Notes under the pieces: generated by a model
Databases searched by the model: none
The model's input: the letters and a program-made list of their open reading frames with translations, nothing else
Told to the model about the DNA's origin: nothing
Translations under genes and position numbers: made by a program
In this document: positions 48,760 through 58,544 of the stretch, piece by piece
Position numbering within the stretch: the first letter of the stretch is position 1
How the letters are laid out: every line of letters starts with the position of its first letter
Source of the DNA: a virus
Direction: 5' to 3' (one strand)
IMG/VR virus record: IMGVR_UViG_3300042453_005575
Coordinates: 1-64,000 of that record
Length of the DNA: 64,000 nt

Positions 48760-48796
48760 TGTGTAGGTATACTGTTGTACCCGGTGTACCTGCACA
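48760..48796 (+). terminator. Hairpin after the E1 gene
   Basis: TGTGTAGGTATACTG / CGGTGTACCTGCACA stem with G.U pairs on the + strand. Confidence 0.55.
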
Positions 48797-48946
48797 AAAT
48801 TTTAACTACTTGACAACTAAACTCAGGGAAACCATATTCAGATAGTTAACCACAGTTTTATCAAATCATCGATTTTTAAAATGCTTTTTAATATAGCTGG
48901 CAAACGCAAAACCTTTATTACTGTATAAACACACTAAAATATCACA

Positions 48947-49975
48947 ATGCCTATCATCAAACCATCAATTAAATTCGAAGGTTCCGATTTAAACTTAACC
49001 GCTTCGTCAGCCCCTTACATTCGCGAGGGTGTTCGGCGAGCGATATTTAATAAAACTACAAACCAAGAAGGAGCTTATCTTTACTTTCTGCCTGCGTTCA
49101 AAGCAGACGCTCATGGAAATGGAGTGTGGTATAAGAAGATAACTATTCGAGATAATTTCGGGACAAATTTTAAAGAAAAATATTATGTTCCTGACCGTAA
49201 TGAAGATCCGGCGGAATATTTTTCAAACAACTTTAGAATTTTGTATACTGAAGAAAGCCGCCCGAGAGACGAAGAAGTTAATGGTCGCAAGTTTAAAAAA
49301 TACCCCAGCTATGGTCGTTTAACAGACCGTGTGCTGTATAATGTAGCTTTTGCTCAGAATTTAGGTCTCGGAGCACATGTTTTAGATTTACCGTTAAGAA
49401 ACGGTGCCGATATTTTAAACAATTGGCTTGGAAGTAAAGATTTGGCTGGCAATAACCGACAACCAATAAATGACCCTGACCACTGTTTTCCTGTTTTTGT
49501 AAAACTCAAGGAAAACAGCGCTAACCCATGGGTTCTACAAATAGACAGCAGCCAGGCAGTCAAGCTTCCTCCTCAACTGGCGAACAGTGATTACTTATAT
49601 GATTTAGACGACATTTTCGAAACAAAGTCCAAAGAAGAGATTATTGCTAAGCTTCGTGAAATGTATTCTAGCAGTGTATTTGAAGCTTGTATGGATGGAT
49701 ATGATGGTTTGACTAAAGGGGCTATTTCACCTAGAGGCGTTGTCGCCCCAAAGTTCACAGCTCCTTCAGCCGAATCGTACAGTCCTGCCCCGACCAAACC
49801 GGTCGCCGCACCAGTCGCAGCAGTTGATATCCCCAAGGCTACTATAACTGCCCCAAAAATAGCAGTTAATCCCCCGCCAGCTGCGGAGATAGATATAAGC
49901 ACTCTTCCGGCTAACCCAATAGCTTCTGCGAAGTTGTCTAGGGAAGAAGCAATGAAGTTCATTAGCTCGAATTAA
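48947..49975 (+). CDS. Putative ssDNA-binding/recombination mediator protein (gp32-like)
   Basis: LYFLP...WYK...DPAE pattern, Pro/Ala-rich tail, directly upstream of recA. Confidence 0.5.
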   Translation: MPIIKPSIKFEGSDLNLTASSAPYIREGVRRAIFNKTTNQEGAYLYFLPAFKADAHGNGVWYKKITIRDNFGTNFKEKYYVPDRNEDPAEYFSNNFRILYTEESRPRDEEVNGRKFKKYPSYGRLTDRVLYNVAFAQNLGLGAHVLDLPLRNGADILNNWLGSKDLAGNNRQPINDPDHCFPVFVKLKENSANPWVLQIDSSQAVKLPPQLANSDYLYDLDDIFETKSKEEIIAKLREMYSSSVFEACMDGYDGLTKGAISPRGVVAPKFTAPSAESYSPAPTKPVAAPVAAVDIPKATITAPKIAVNPPPAAEIDISTLPANPIASAKLSREEAMKFISSN

Positions 49976-49976
49976 A

Positions 49977-51167
49977 ATGGATTTTGAAGGCTATCTAAAT
50001 TCTATCAAAAAAAATTTCGGAAAAACATTTAAAGCAGACAATGTTAATCTGGAATTAAATACTGTAGATAAAGAGTTACCTCCTACAGGGATTGTCCTAG
50101 ACAATCCCTTGTTGGAGTATGCTTTTGACCGAAGGTTTATGGCGTACGGAAGGTGTTATTTAATTTATGGTAAAAAGGGGTGCTCTAAAACAACCATGCT
50201 TTTTGATATAGCTAAAATATTTCAAAAAGCAGGCGGGAAAATGTTTTGGGTCGAAACCGAGAGCGCCCCAGATTTCAATTATATGCAGCTACAGGGTGTG
50301 AACCCTAACGGCGTAATATATCACAATCCTAGATCATTAGAGGAAGCTCTGACATTATGCAAAATAACTATAGAGAACTACTCTAAATACACCGACGGTA
50401 AAACACCTATCATGGTGGCGCTCGACTCGATTGCTGGCGCTGCTACCGACTATGAGCGGGACCAAGATATAATAGGCCAACAAAAGGTGGGCGAACACGC
50501 TAAATTAATGGCTGCTTTCTATAGAAACATTATTCCATACCTGGAATGCGAGAATATGGTCTTTGTAGCTACCAACCAGCTTCGAGACAATATTAGCGCC
50601 ACTGGTCCTGGGTTTGGGATGGAGAAACCAGAAGCGCTTATCGGAGGCGAGGCGCAAAGGTTCAACTCTACTTATCAGTTCAAAGTAGCCAGAATAAAAG
50701 ATAACCTCACGGAAGACCATATGGGAGTTAAGCGTAAATCAGGCTCCACACACTCTCTAACTGTTAAGCGTAATAAGCTAGGTAGAGAAGGCAATAGCCA
50801 AAAAATAGAGTTTGATATACATATCAATGGAGGTATTGATTGGTATTCGCCATTGGTTCGGATGCTTGGAGAAAATTATTCTGCTCTTGTTGGTAAGACT
50901 GGTGGGTGGTATACTTGGAAAATACCTAACACTAAATTTGCTATTAACGTAGATGGAGAAGTGCAAGAAGGAGTTATTGACACAGAGAAGAAATTCAGGG
51001 AATCTGAATTGGCTTATCTGTTGGCCAATAGCGTTGAAGGTAAAGAAGTTGCTAGAAAAGCTTTTAGCATTCCTGACATGCCTTCCGCAGAAGTTATTGA
51101 AGAAATTGATAACACAAACAAAGCTCGACGCAAAAGAAAGTCTGAGTTAGAAGTTGATGGAGAATGA
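49977..51167 (+). CDS. recA: RecA/UvsX-like recombinase
   Basis: YGKKGCSKTT, VETESA, LDSIAG, TNQLRD, GGEAQRFNST, KRNK, GID, GGWY. Confidence 0.92.
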   Translation: MDFEGYLNSIKKNFGKTFKADNVNLELNTVDKELPPTGIVLDNPLLEYAFDRRFMAYGRCYLIYGKKGCSKTTMLFDIAKIFQKAGGKMFWVETESAPDFNYMQLQGVNPNGVIYHNPRSLEEALTLCKITIENYSKYTDGKTPIMVALDSIAGAATDYERDQDIIGQQKVGEHAKLMAAFYRNIIPYLECENMVFVATNQLRDNISATGPGFGMEKPEALIGGEAQRFNSTYQFKVARIKDNLTEDHMGVKRKSGSTHSLTVKRNKLGREGNSQKIEFDIHINGGIDWYSPLVRMLGENYSALVGKTGGWYTWKIPNTKFAINVDGEVQEGVIDTEKKFRESELAYLLANSVEGKEVARKAFSIPDMPSAEVIEEIDNTNKARRKRKSELEVDGE

Positions 51168-51345
51168 AACAGATATTTTGGTGCGTGTGACTGCAGAACT
51201 TAAAAAGCATTACAGCCTACGCGGTGTGGCTCAGGATCTTTTCCCTGATTTTGACGTTACGCCCGCGCAGCCCCAAAATATTACCAATGATTCCTCAGTA
51301 GAAAAAATCAATGAACGACTATCTTCAAAAGCTAGCCGAGATTGA
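51154..51345 (+). CDS. Hypothetical protein
   Basis: 63-aa coupled ORF. Confidence 0.4.
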   Translation: MMENETDILVRVTAELKKHYSLRGVAQDLFPDFDVTPAQPQNITNDSSVEKINERLSSKASRD

Positions 51346-51496
51346 AAAGCTCATCAAAAAAATGGATCTTCCCTTTTACCGTAAAAAAGTAAAAAATAAC
51401 GAAGATTTAAGATGGCTGAAAAGTAGTTTGTGTGTAAAAAATACTAAACACGCTAATTATAGCAAAGCTATGGAAATAATAAGTTCCTTAGTTTAA
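51311..51496 (+). CDS. Hypothetical protein
   Basis: 61 aa; MDLPFYRK...DLRWL. Confidence 0.55.
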   Translation: MNDYLQKLAEIEKLIKKMDLPFYRKKVKNNEDLRWLKSSLCVKNTKHANYSKAMEIISSLV

Positions 51497-51497
51497 T

Positions 51498-51528
51498 TAT
51501 TCAGGGAGGTCCGAACCCTTCCTGAATA
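51498..51528 (+). terminator. Intergenic hairpin
   Basis: TATTCAGGGAGG / CCTTCCTGAATA. Confidence 0.5.
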
Positions 51529-51536
51529 TAAATATT

Positions 51537-52040
51537 ATGGTATATATCGGGTTTGATAACGGCGTAACTTCACAAGGCATAGGAGTCATTTCTTCGAAAG
51601 GAGAGGTGCATCTCTACGCATTGCCTATTAAGCGCGAACCTAGCTACACAAAAGAAGAAAAGCATATCACAAGAATAGACTATGCGGGGCTTGTCAACCT
51701 GTTAAAAGCCATCAAATCTTCATTTCCTGGAGAAAAATTTATAACAGCTATAGAAAGGCCCATGGTTAATAGCCGTCGCTTTAACGCGACATTATCCGCG
51801 ATAAGGTGTCTGGAAGCTACCATTATAGCTCTAGAAAGTGTAGGGTTAAAATACCATTATATAGATTCAAAAGAGTGGCAAAGATCTTTACTCCCTGCAG
51901 GCACAAAAGGAAGTGAAGACCTCAAAAAAGCCAGCTTAGATGTAGGTAGAAAAATGTTTCCCCATATAAAATTCAAAAAAGATGCTGACGGAATGTTGAT
52001 AGCTGAGTATTTGAGAATCAAAGATTCTAGAAAACTTTAA
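51537..52040 (+). CDS. RuvC-like Holliday junction resolvase
   Basis: YIGFDNG, AIERP, WQ, ADGMLIAEY. Confidence 0.8.
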   Translation: MVYIGFDNGVTSQGIGVISSKGEVHLYALPIKREPSYTKEEKHITRIDYAGLVNLLKAIKSSFPGEKFITAIERPMVNSRRFNATLSAIRCLEATIIALESVGLKYHYIDSKEWQRSLLPAGTKGSEDLKKASLDVGRKMFPHIKFKKDADGMLIAEYLRIKDSRKL

Positions 52041-52062
52041 CATTAAATATATAACTATTCTT

Positions 52063-52833
52063 ATGTTGCAATTAGACTTCTTGGGAAACTTTTCTCAAGA
52101 ACAAGAGGATATAAGTTTAAATGACGGTCAGTATGAGTTTTGGGACAGTGAATATAAAATACACCCAAAACCTCCGGTGATAATTAATTATAATAAAATT
52201 GAAAAATTTTTTATAGAGTTGGATTATTCGAAAGTTTCAGATTACAAAGGTTACTGGGAGAGTATAACTCCACAGAATGATGCGGATGTGTTTTGTCGTT
52301 GGTTGTTCGCTTTTATGAGTGTGCACACATCGTGGAAGGCTAATATTGTCGGGTATGCCGCTATAAAAAATTGGTGGACGTGGATAAATAAATGGGAAAA
52401 TTTATTGGAGTTGATACAAGCTAGCGGCGTCGGCATGCATAATAATCGGCTTAAGTTTATTTCTGAGTTTGCTTATGATTTTTGGGAAGACCCCTCAAAG
52501 TATAAAAAAGAGCAAAATGAATCTTGGAGTCAATTCAGAAATAGGCTTGAAAAAATTACTTTAGGATTAGGCATGGCAAAAACAAGTTTTGCTTTAGAAA
52601 TGTGCTACCCGAATCAGGCTAAAATTACATGTTTAGATACACACATGTTTCAAGCTTACGGCTTAGATCAATCCAAGCACGCTAAGAAATACAAAACAAT
52701 CGAACAGCATTGGGTCTATATGAGTAATATGTGGAATATTCCTCCATACATAGCCAGGTGCATGTATTGGGACCATAAACAGGGCCACTTAGACAGCAGA
52801 TATTGGAGCTTTGTATTCGAAAAACAAAAATAA
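52063..52833 (+). CDS. HhH DNA glycosylase, 8-oxoguanine glycosylase (Ogg2)-like
   Basis: LFAFMSVHT, GMHNNR, R..L.....GLGMAKTSFAL, CLDTHM. Confidence 0.7.
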   Translation: MLQLDFLGNFSQEQEDISLNDGQYEFWDSEYKIHPKPPVIINYNKIEKFFIELDYSKVSDYKGYWESITPQNDADVFCRWLFAFMSVHTSWKANIVGYAAIKNWWTWINKWENLLELIQASGVGMHNNRLKFISEFAYDFWEDPSKYKKEQNESWSQFRNRLEKITLGLGMAKTSFALEMCYPNQAKITCLDTHMFQAYGLDQSKHAKKYKTIEQHWVYMSNMWNIPPYIARCMYWDHKQGHLDSRYWSFVFEKQK

Positions 52834-52836
52834 AAT

Positions 52837-53040
52837 ATGGAAGACAATGAAGAATTAATTCAAGACGTGGAGAATGTACTGGAATATCTTTTAGCTGAAG
52901 GGATAGTTGAAAAAACTTACAAAAACGGAGAAGCGTATTATAACATAACCCCCGAAGGTTCGAGGCTAGTGCAAAAAACTAAAAAAGCCCCGCGTATGTC
53001 ACTACGGCGTAAGAAATCTTTGATTATGATAAAACCATAA
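52837..53040 (+). CDS. Small winged-helix-like protein
   Basis: LEYLLAEGIVEK...YNITPEG. Confidence 0.55.
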   Translation: MEDNEELIQDVENVLEYLLAEGIVEKTYKNGEAYYNITPEGSRLVQKTKKAPRMSLRRKKSLIMIKP

Positions 53041-53057
53041 GTTATAATATAGATGCT

Positions 53058-53279
53058 ATGGACAACGAAGATTATGAATCTTGGGGTGAAAATAGCCCTA
53101 ACGAACAATTCGAGCAAATACAAAAATTAATCAATGAATTAAACCGCAGGTCCAAAAAATGTATGGACTATTTGGTTGCCGAAGGGTTTATAGAACCCAC
53201 AGCAACGCCTGGGGTTTATAACTATACGCCAGAAGGTTTGGTGTTAGCAAAACGAGAGTTTAAAAAGCTGTCTAGCTGA
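53058..53279 (+). CDS. Small winged-helix-like protein (paralog)
   Basis: MDYLVAEGFIEP...YNYTPEG. Confidence 0.55.
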   Translation: MDNEDYESWGENSPNEQFEQIQKLINELNRRSKKCMDYLVAEGFIEPTATPGVYNYTPEGLVLAKREFKKLSS

Positions 53280-53313
53280 AATCTTCGGCAGCCGGTAAAA
53301 ATTCTCATTTTTT

Positions 53314-53386
53314 GGGGGTGTAGCTCATTTGGTAGAGCAAGACCTTTGCAAGGTCGAGGTAGCAGGTTCGAGCCCTGTCATCTCCA
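53314..53386 (+). tRNA. tRNA-Ala(TGC)
   Basis: GGGGGTG/CATCTCC-A acceptor with G3.U70, anticodon loop TTTGCAA, GGTTCGAGCCC. Confidence 0.95.
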
Positions 53387-53406
53387 ATTTTTGGCAAACA
53401 ATTTAT

Positions 53407-53913
53407 ATGAAAAAAGAATTAGAACTAAAATTAGTCGAGAAGTATCCAAAAATATTAGCTGACTATGGTGGTGATAAAATGCTTACGTGCATGCACTGGG
53501 GGGTAGAGTGCGGCGACGGTTGGTATGAGCTATTAGATAAAGGAATGGAGAAAATTCAGCATATATGTGATATGACCTCGGATAACATGCAATTAAAAGC
53601 TTCACAAATTAAAGAAAAGTATGGTACTTTGCGATTCTATTATATTATAGAAAACGGGTCAGAGGTTCAAAACGAAATACTTGACGACCTAGTTGAAATA
53701 ATGGAATTGAAGTCTTCTAGAATTTGCGAAAATACAGGCAAACATGGCGAACCGTGCGTTTTTGCTGGGTGGTACAAAACATTATGCTACGCTGAAGCGA
53801 GGAAGCAAAAATACAGGGCTGTTAATGATTCCACCGAAGCATACTGGAAGACGTTGGACGCAAAACAAAACCCTGCAGAAGAAACCTCTGAAGATGAGGA
53901 AATTAAAATATAA
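53407..53913 (+). CDS. Conserved phage hypothetical protein
   Basis: ECGDGWY...QIKEKYGTLRFY...CE..G...GWYKTLC; ATG downstream of the tRNA. Confidence 0.8.
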   Translation: MKKELELKLVEKYPKILADYGGDKMLTCMHWGVECGDGWYELLDKGMEKIQHICDMTSDNMQLKASQIKEKYGTLRFYYIIENGSEVQNEILDDLVEIMELKSSRICENTGKHGEPCVFAGWYKTLCYAEARKQKYRAVNDSTEAYWKTLDAKQNPAEETSEDEEIKI

Positions 53914-53947
53914 AATATTCGACGAGTAACAAAGTATTATAAAATAT

Positions 53948-54346
53948 ATGGGACTAGACATGTTTGCATATAGTGTACCTAAAAACCATGCAATTTCTCC
54001 ATTTAGTTACACCAAAGATACACAAAAAGAAATACATTATTGGAGAAAACACCCGGCTTTGCATGAGTGGATGGAAACATTATGGACAGAAAAGATGCGG
54101 GATGCTAATTATGGGTATTTGGATGCGTCATTAACGTTTAATACTTGCCCTATAGAACTGAATTCAGAAGACTTAGACCGCTTAGAAAAAGATATTAAGT
54201 GCAATAATCTTTCACATAAAAAAAGGTTTTTTTCATGTGAAAATTCTCCGGATGAAGAACGCGTTATTGACGATTTAACATTCATACATAAAGCTCGCCA
54301 AGAATTATCAGACGGAAACGCTATCTATTACGATTCTTGGTGGTGA
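53948..54346 (+). CDS. Conserved phage hypothetical protein
   Basis: MGLDMFAY...YWRKHPALHEWM...FN...YYDSWW. Confidence 0.8.
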   Translation: MGLDMFAYSVPKNHAISPFSYTKDTQKEIHYWRKHPALHEWMETLWTEKMRDANYGYLDASLTFNTCPIELNSEDLDRLEKDIKCNNLSHKKRFFSCENSPDEERVIDDLTFIHKARQELSDGNAIYYDSWW

Positions 54347-54401
54347 TATTAAATAAATTTTCCACCTTGATCGCCGGCATATTTACGTAGATAATATATG
54401 C

Positions 54402-55055
54402 ATGACTAACTCCGAGCTAGAAGAACATTGGAATAACAAACATCCTAAAAATCCAGTTATTTACACCGGGAGAGCTATACCTAGCAAATGTCCTACATGT
54501 AAAAGTAATACTTTACAGGATAAGGTTAGGATCGATGTAAAAACAATGCTTTCTGCGAATGACTATCAGCTTAAAAAATTAGCGGAAGTCGAACGCCTGA
54601 TTGGGGTTAGCTATGATGAAACTATATGGAACATCCAAAAATGGGTAGTCAAAAACATCAAATATGTCGGCGACGATTTAAGCCAAGGGGTATTAGAATA
54701 TTGGCAGTTTCCTTTTGAGACTTTAAACCTCAGGTTGGGTGATTGCGAAGACGGTGCTTTGCTGCTGGCAGGGTTGGCGATAAACAGCAATGTCCCGGCT
54801 TTCAGGGTTCGTATGGTGGCTGGAAATGTTCAGCCTGATGTAACGGCCCCGGAAGGCGGGCATGCTTATGTAATGTACTTACGAGAATCAGATAATCAAT
54901 GGGTTGCTATAGATTGGTGTTACTTAGAAGATTCGGCTGTGCCAGTAGCATCCAAAAAGTTATTTAACCAAAACTCTAGTTACAAAAATATTTGGTTTTC
55001 ATTTAACCAAATGTTCTCATGGTCCAAAAGAGCAGAGGAGTTCATGTCTTTTTGA
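54402..55055 (+). CDS. Transglutaminase-like cysteine protease
   Basis: WQFPFETL...GDCEDGA, HAYV, IDWC (Cys-His-Asp triad). Confidence 0.85.
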   Translation: MTNSELEEHWNNKHPKNPVIYTGRAIPSKCPTCKSNTLQDKVRIDVKTMLSANDYQLKKLAEVERLIGVSYDETIWNIQKWVVKNIKYVGDDLSQGVLEYWQFPFETLNLRLGDCEDGALLLAGLAINSNVPAFRVRMVAGNVQPDVTAPEGGHAYVMYLRESDNQWVAIDWCYLEDSAVPVASKKLFNQNSSYKNIWFSFNQMFSWSKRAEEFMSF

Positions 55056-55139
55056 ACTAGCTGTGGGCTCACAAAGTCGGTAGAGTATAAATTCATAAAT
55101 TCGAAAGCGGAGTCTAGTTTGACTACCGGGTTCATTTTT

Positions 55140-55213
55140 GCGGGATTGTTGTAATGGTAGCGATTCTCTTTTACACGGAGAAAGTGGAGGTTCGATTCCT
55201 TCATCCCGCACCA
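55140..55213 (+). tRNA. tRNA-Val(TAC)
   Basis: GCGGGAT/ATCCCGC-ACCA, anticodon loop TTTACAC. Confidence 0.93.
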
Positions 55214-55218
55214 AATTT

Positions 55219-55548
55219 ATGCAAGAACAAAATAATTGTAATACAACTTTAATAGAAATACCTTTAAAAAAAGATCAAGATGACCTGTGGTTGAATAAAA
55301 GATTGCGGAATGCGGCAGTCCAAATAACATGCAAAAAATACGTAGATAAGACCGCATCTCCTAAAGAGTATGCGCAAGACAACGGGATGCACTGCCCTTT
55401 TTGCCGTAGTTATACGATGACTAGCGGAAATATAGAAATCGATGATACACAAATATTCCAAAAAATTTCCTGCCTCGAATGTGGAGAATCCTGGTGCGAT
55501 ATCTATAAACTGGCTGGGTATTATAGCCCAAAAACTGTGTGCCTATAA
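55219..55548 (+). CDS. Zn-ribbon protein
   Basis: CPFC...CLECGESW. Confidence 0.65.
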   Translation: MQEQNNCNTTLIEIPLKKDQDDLWLNKRLRNAAVQITCKKYVDKTASPKEYAQDNGMHCPFCRSYTMTSGNIEIDDTQIFQKISCLECGESWCDIYKLAGYYSPKTVCL

Positions 55549-55574
55549 CATGGGACTAACTATTAAAACACAAC

Positions 55575-55925
55575 ATGGAATCAACTACTAAAGCACAACA
55601 AACAAATTCAACGAAAGCCGGCCAAGAAAATAATAACGGTACCTGCTTTTCCACTATATCAAAAGTGCATTATACCCTTCTGGGAGAACATCCAGAAGAT
55701 AGGATTTATGGAGATAAGGAACATATTCAGAAGCTGTACACATATATAACTTCTATAATATGTGGGCTAGCAGATAGCTTGAGGCTAACTTTATCCGGAG
55801 AAAAAATATTAATAGATTATTTGAACGATGCCCGTGACATTCTTTTCGAAGAATATCTTGAAGAGAAAAATTTAAAATATGTAGATTTAGTTTGCGAAAA
55901 TAATCATTACATACGCAATAAATAA
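55575..55925 (+). CDS. Hypothetical protein
   Basis: 116-aa ORF. Confidence 0.55.
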   Translation: MESTTKAQQTNSTKAGQENNNGTCFSTISKVHYTLLGEHPEDRIYGDKEHIQKLYTYITSIICGLADSLRLTLSGEKILIDYLNDARDILFEEYLEEKNLKYVDLVCENNHYIRNK

Positions 55926-55929
55926 ATAA

Positions 55930-56157
55930 ATGAAAGCAATACTCGAATTTGACCTGCCGGACGATAAACATGACCATGCATACGCCGTAGCCGGGCTTGA
56001 CGCATTAATACTTATAGACGATGTTTTGAATGAAATACGAAATAAACTTAAATATGAAGGTGGAGCGTTTAAAGAATGTGATGATGCTACGCTAGAAAAA
56101 GTAAGAGAATTTATACTGGGGCTAAAACAAGCCAGTAATATCCCTGAATTAATTTAA
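55930..56157 (+). CDS. Conserved phage hypothetical protein
   Basis: MKAILEFDLPDD...IRNKLKY. Confidence 0.7.
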   Translation: MKAILEFDLPDDKHDHAYAVAGLDALILIDDVLNEIRNKLKYEGGAFKECDDATLEKVREFILGLKQASNIPELI

Positions 56158-56175
56158 ACTATATATTTTGTCGCA

Positions 56176-57111
56176 ATGAATAAAACAAGATTAGGGTACT
56201 GTTGTATTTCTTTAGGTGAGCACTTAAGTAAATTTAGAACAATAACTTTAACCAGAGCAAAGGCCTTAGGCGCAGAAGCAAAAGACAAACCTTACAAGCT
56301 TTGGCGAAAAGAAAAGTTATTCACGATATGGCGGCATAATTTGCAGGAGTACGTGGATATTTTGCACTATAATTTACAAAATAATTTTCAGGTTTACAGA
56401 ATAAGCAGCGATTTATTTCCTCTTGCCGACCATGAGGACTTTTTGTCTATCTGGGATGATTTTTCATCAGACAAAGCTAACTTCAACCAAGCCTATCAAG
56501 CTACACAATACGTAATTTCGGCCGGATTTAGATTATGCGCTCACCCTGGACAATTCGTCTCACTCGGGAGCCCAAACGATAGAGTTAGAGAAAATTCTAT
56601 AAAAAATTTAGAGCTGCATGCAAAAATATTTGATTTGCTTGGTTTAGAGAAAACGTGGGAATCCCCGTTAAATATCCATTTAAGCAACGGGAAAGATAAT
56701 ATAAAAAATTTAAAATATTTTCAAAGCTCTATAGAAAAATTAAGCGAGTCCGCGCGATCAAGATTGATTTTTGAAAATGAAGATAAATCTTTTTGGGTTT
56801 GGCAGAACATACGTAAATATTTTGAAAATTTTCCTGTGACTTTAGATTTTCATCATAGAGCTATAAATAATCTTGGCGAGCAAGAGAAAGAGGCGTTTGA
56901 CGCTTGTAAAAGCTCTTGGGGAAAATTTCGACCATTAATGCATATCTCAGAAGGGAAAACCGGAAAAATGGATAGAACTCATCATGACTGGGTAGAGACC
57001 TTGCCGGAATGTATTTTATCTGATGGTGGAGTTGACCTGGAAATAGAGGCTAAGAAAAAAGACTTGTCTGTTTTTAAACTGCGGAAAAAATATGCAATGT
57101 TAGTTATTTGA
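56176..57111 (+). CDS. uvsE: UV-damage endonuclease
   Basis: RLGYCCI, YRISSDLFP, HPGQFVSLGS, NIH, ENEDK, LDFHH, HISE, EIEAKKKD. Confidence 0.93.
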   Translation: MNKTRLGYCCISLGEHLSKFRTITLTRAKALGAEAKDKPYKLWRKEKLFTIWRHNLQEYVDILHYNLQNNFQVYRISSDLFPLADHEDFLSIWDDFSSDKANFNQAYQATQYVISAGFRLCAHPGQFVSLGSPNDRVRENSIKNLELHAKIFDLLGLEKTWESPLNIHLSNGKDNIKNLKYFQSSIEKLSESARSRLIFENEDKSFWVWQNIRKYFENFPVTLDFHHRAINNLGEQEKEAFDACKSSWGKFRPLMHISEGKTGKMDRTHHDWVETLPECILSDGGVDLEIEAKKKDLSVFKLRKKYAMLVI

Positions 57112-57333
57112 ATTGGATGCAAAGAGTGTACATAAATTTTAACTGGTTAGCTAAAAAATATGGAGGATTATATATAGGTTTACGTGCAAATTTTCCTACC
57201 TATATTTTATACAGTAATCAAAGAATATATAAAACACGTATTATAAGTATTGGGCTGCTATTTTTTCAAATATCTGTACGTATTCGAGGAAAAAGGGGAA
57301 GAACCATAACACAAAATATACCGTGCTGGAAAA

Positions 57334-57945
57334 ATGAAAGCTAAATTCCAAAATATAACTATAACTAAAGAGTTTTTAGATCAAAATCAAACTGCTTTCT
57401 ATGTATATAGCGATAACGGGCAAAAAACAGCTACTCCGGAAGATGCGCAATTTAGAGGATATCCTAGAGCAATTGGGTTTGTGACAAGAAAGATGTGGCA
57501 AATAATACCTTCATCATTTTTTAGACCTGAAGAGTACATAAAACCTTTTTTTGACCAACTGAAGCAGTTGCGTCAGTATATCCAGAGTAACCCAGGCCAT
57601 ACGTTCTATATATCAAAATTAGGTTATTCTACCGATAATTATTATTATATCTGGGAAAAAATAATTGGGCATAATTTGATAGATGATTTGGCTGAATTTG
57701 AAAACGTGATATTTTGCTGGGAAAATACCCTCGAACCCCAGGCTGTTTCTTCACCCACGAATGAACTCGCTAATAATGATAAAGATGATAAAATACGTGA
57801 ATTAGAACTAAAATTGGATGAAGCTTATGCTGTTATAGATGCGCAGCGAGATGAATTCACGAGAAATCTAGAAGAAGTGGAAAACAGCGTTGACTCAAGC
57901 TACCGTAGTGTTAGATATTATTCAAAGTCTGATGATCTAGAATAA
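57334..57945 (+). CDS. Hypothetical protein
   Basis: 203 aa; FYVYSDN...FRGYPRAIGFVTRK. Confidence 0.7.
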   Translation: MKAKFQNITITKEFLDQNQTAFYVYSDNGQKTATPEDAQFRGYPRAIGFVTRKMWQIIPSSFFRPEEYIKPFFDQLKQLRQYIQSNPGHTFYISKLGYSTDNYYYIWEKIIGHNLIDDLAEFENVIFCWENTLEPQAVSSPTNELANNDKDDKIRELELKLDEAYAVIDAQRDEFTRNLEEVENSVDSSYRSVRYYSKSDDLE

Positions 57946-57949
57946 AGTT

Positions 57950-58513
57950 ATGCAGAATATCAAAAAAATATTAAATGATCAAATTATTGCCGGTAGGCTG
58001 CTCGAAGAAATTAAAATAAACGAACGGTTCACTAGCCACAGCTGGAAATTGATTGATTTACCTCAAAAAGAAACAGCAGGTAAAAATAGATTAGAAGGCA
58101 TACAACTGGTAAGTGCAAATTTTAAACAAACCGAGGGCAGCTACGCAAAAAATTCATATTTATCGACTCATTACCCTTATTCGGAAGAAATATTGAGTTT
58201 GTTTGAATCACTATGCTGCGGTCCAGTAGTTAACGCTGCTTTTATAAGATTAACACAGGGAGACGCGCTTTTACCTCATAAAGATAATGATTGTTTCTTG
58301 CCTGACTCTGACTTTCATTTCCATCACGACCACTATCATTTTATGGTAAGAGGAAAAATAGAGCTTTCGGTGGAAACAGAGGTTTTTACTGTTGTAACAG
58401 GGGACTTTATTTTTTTTAAAAATGAGCTGTTGCACAGTTTTAAAAATCTAGAAACCTCGGACAGCTTAATACTTGTTCTAGATGTCAGAACACCCGAAAA
58501 ATATAGGAACTGA
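57950..58513 (+). CDS. Cupin / Asp-Asn beta-hydroxylase-like protein
   Basis: L..GDALLPHKD, HYH, FFKNELLHSFKN...LVLDV. Confidence 0.7.
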   Translation: MQNIKKILNDQIIAGRLLEEIKINERFTSHSWKLIDLPQKETAGKNRLEGIQLVSANFKQTEGSYAKNSYLSTHYPYSEEILSLFESLCCGPVVNAAFIRLTQGDALLPHKDNDCFLPDSDFHFHHDHYHFMVRGKIELSVETEVFTVVTGDFIFFKNELLHSFKNLETSDSLILVLDVRTPEKYRN

Positions 58514-58544
58514 CACATCCATTCGTATATGATAAAATTATTTT

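Noticed and set aside
53329-53406. N-terminal extension of the ORF ending at 53913
   Set aside because: Overlaps tRNA-Ala; the ATG at 53407 is used instead.
55058-55218. Possible extra tRNA at 55058-55135 and ORF start at 55138
   Set aside because: No T-arm or acceptor stem in 55058-55135; the ORF extension overlaps tRNA-Val.
57108-57344. 78-aa ORF with TTG start
   Set aside because: It fills the gap between genes and may be real, but there is no motif support, so it is left uncalled.
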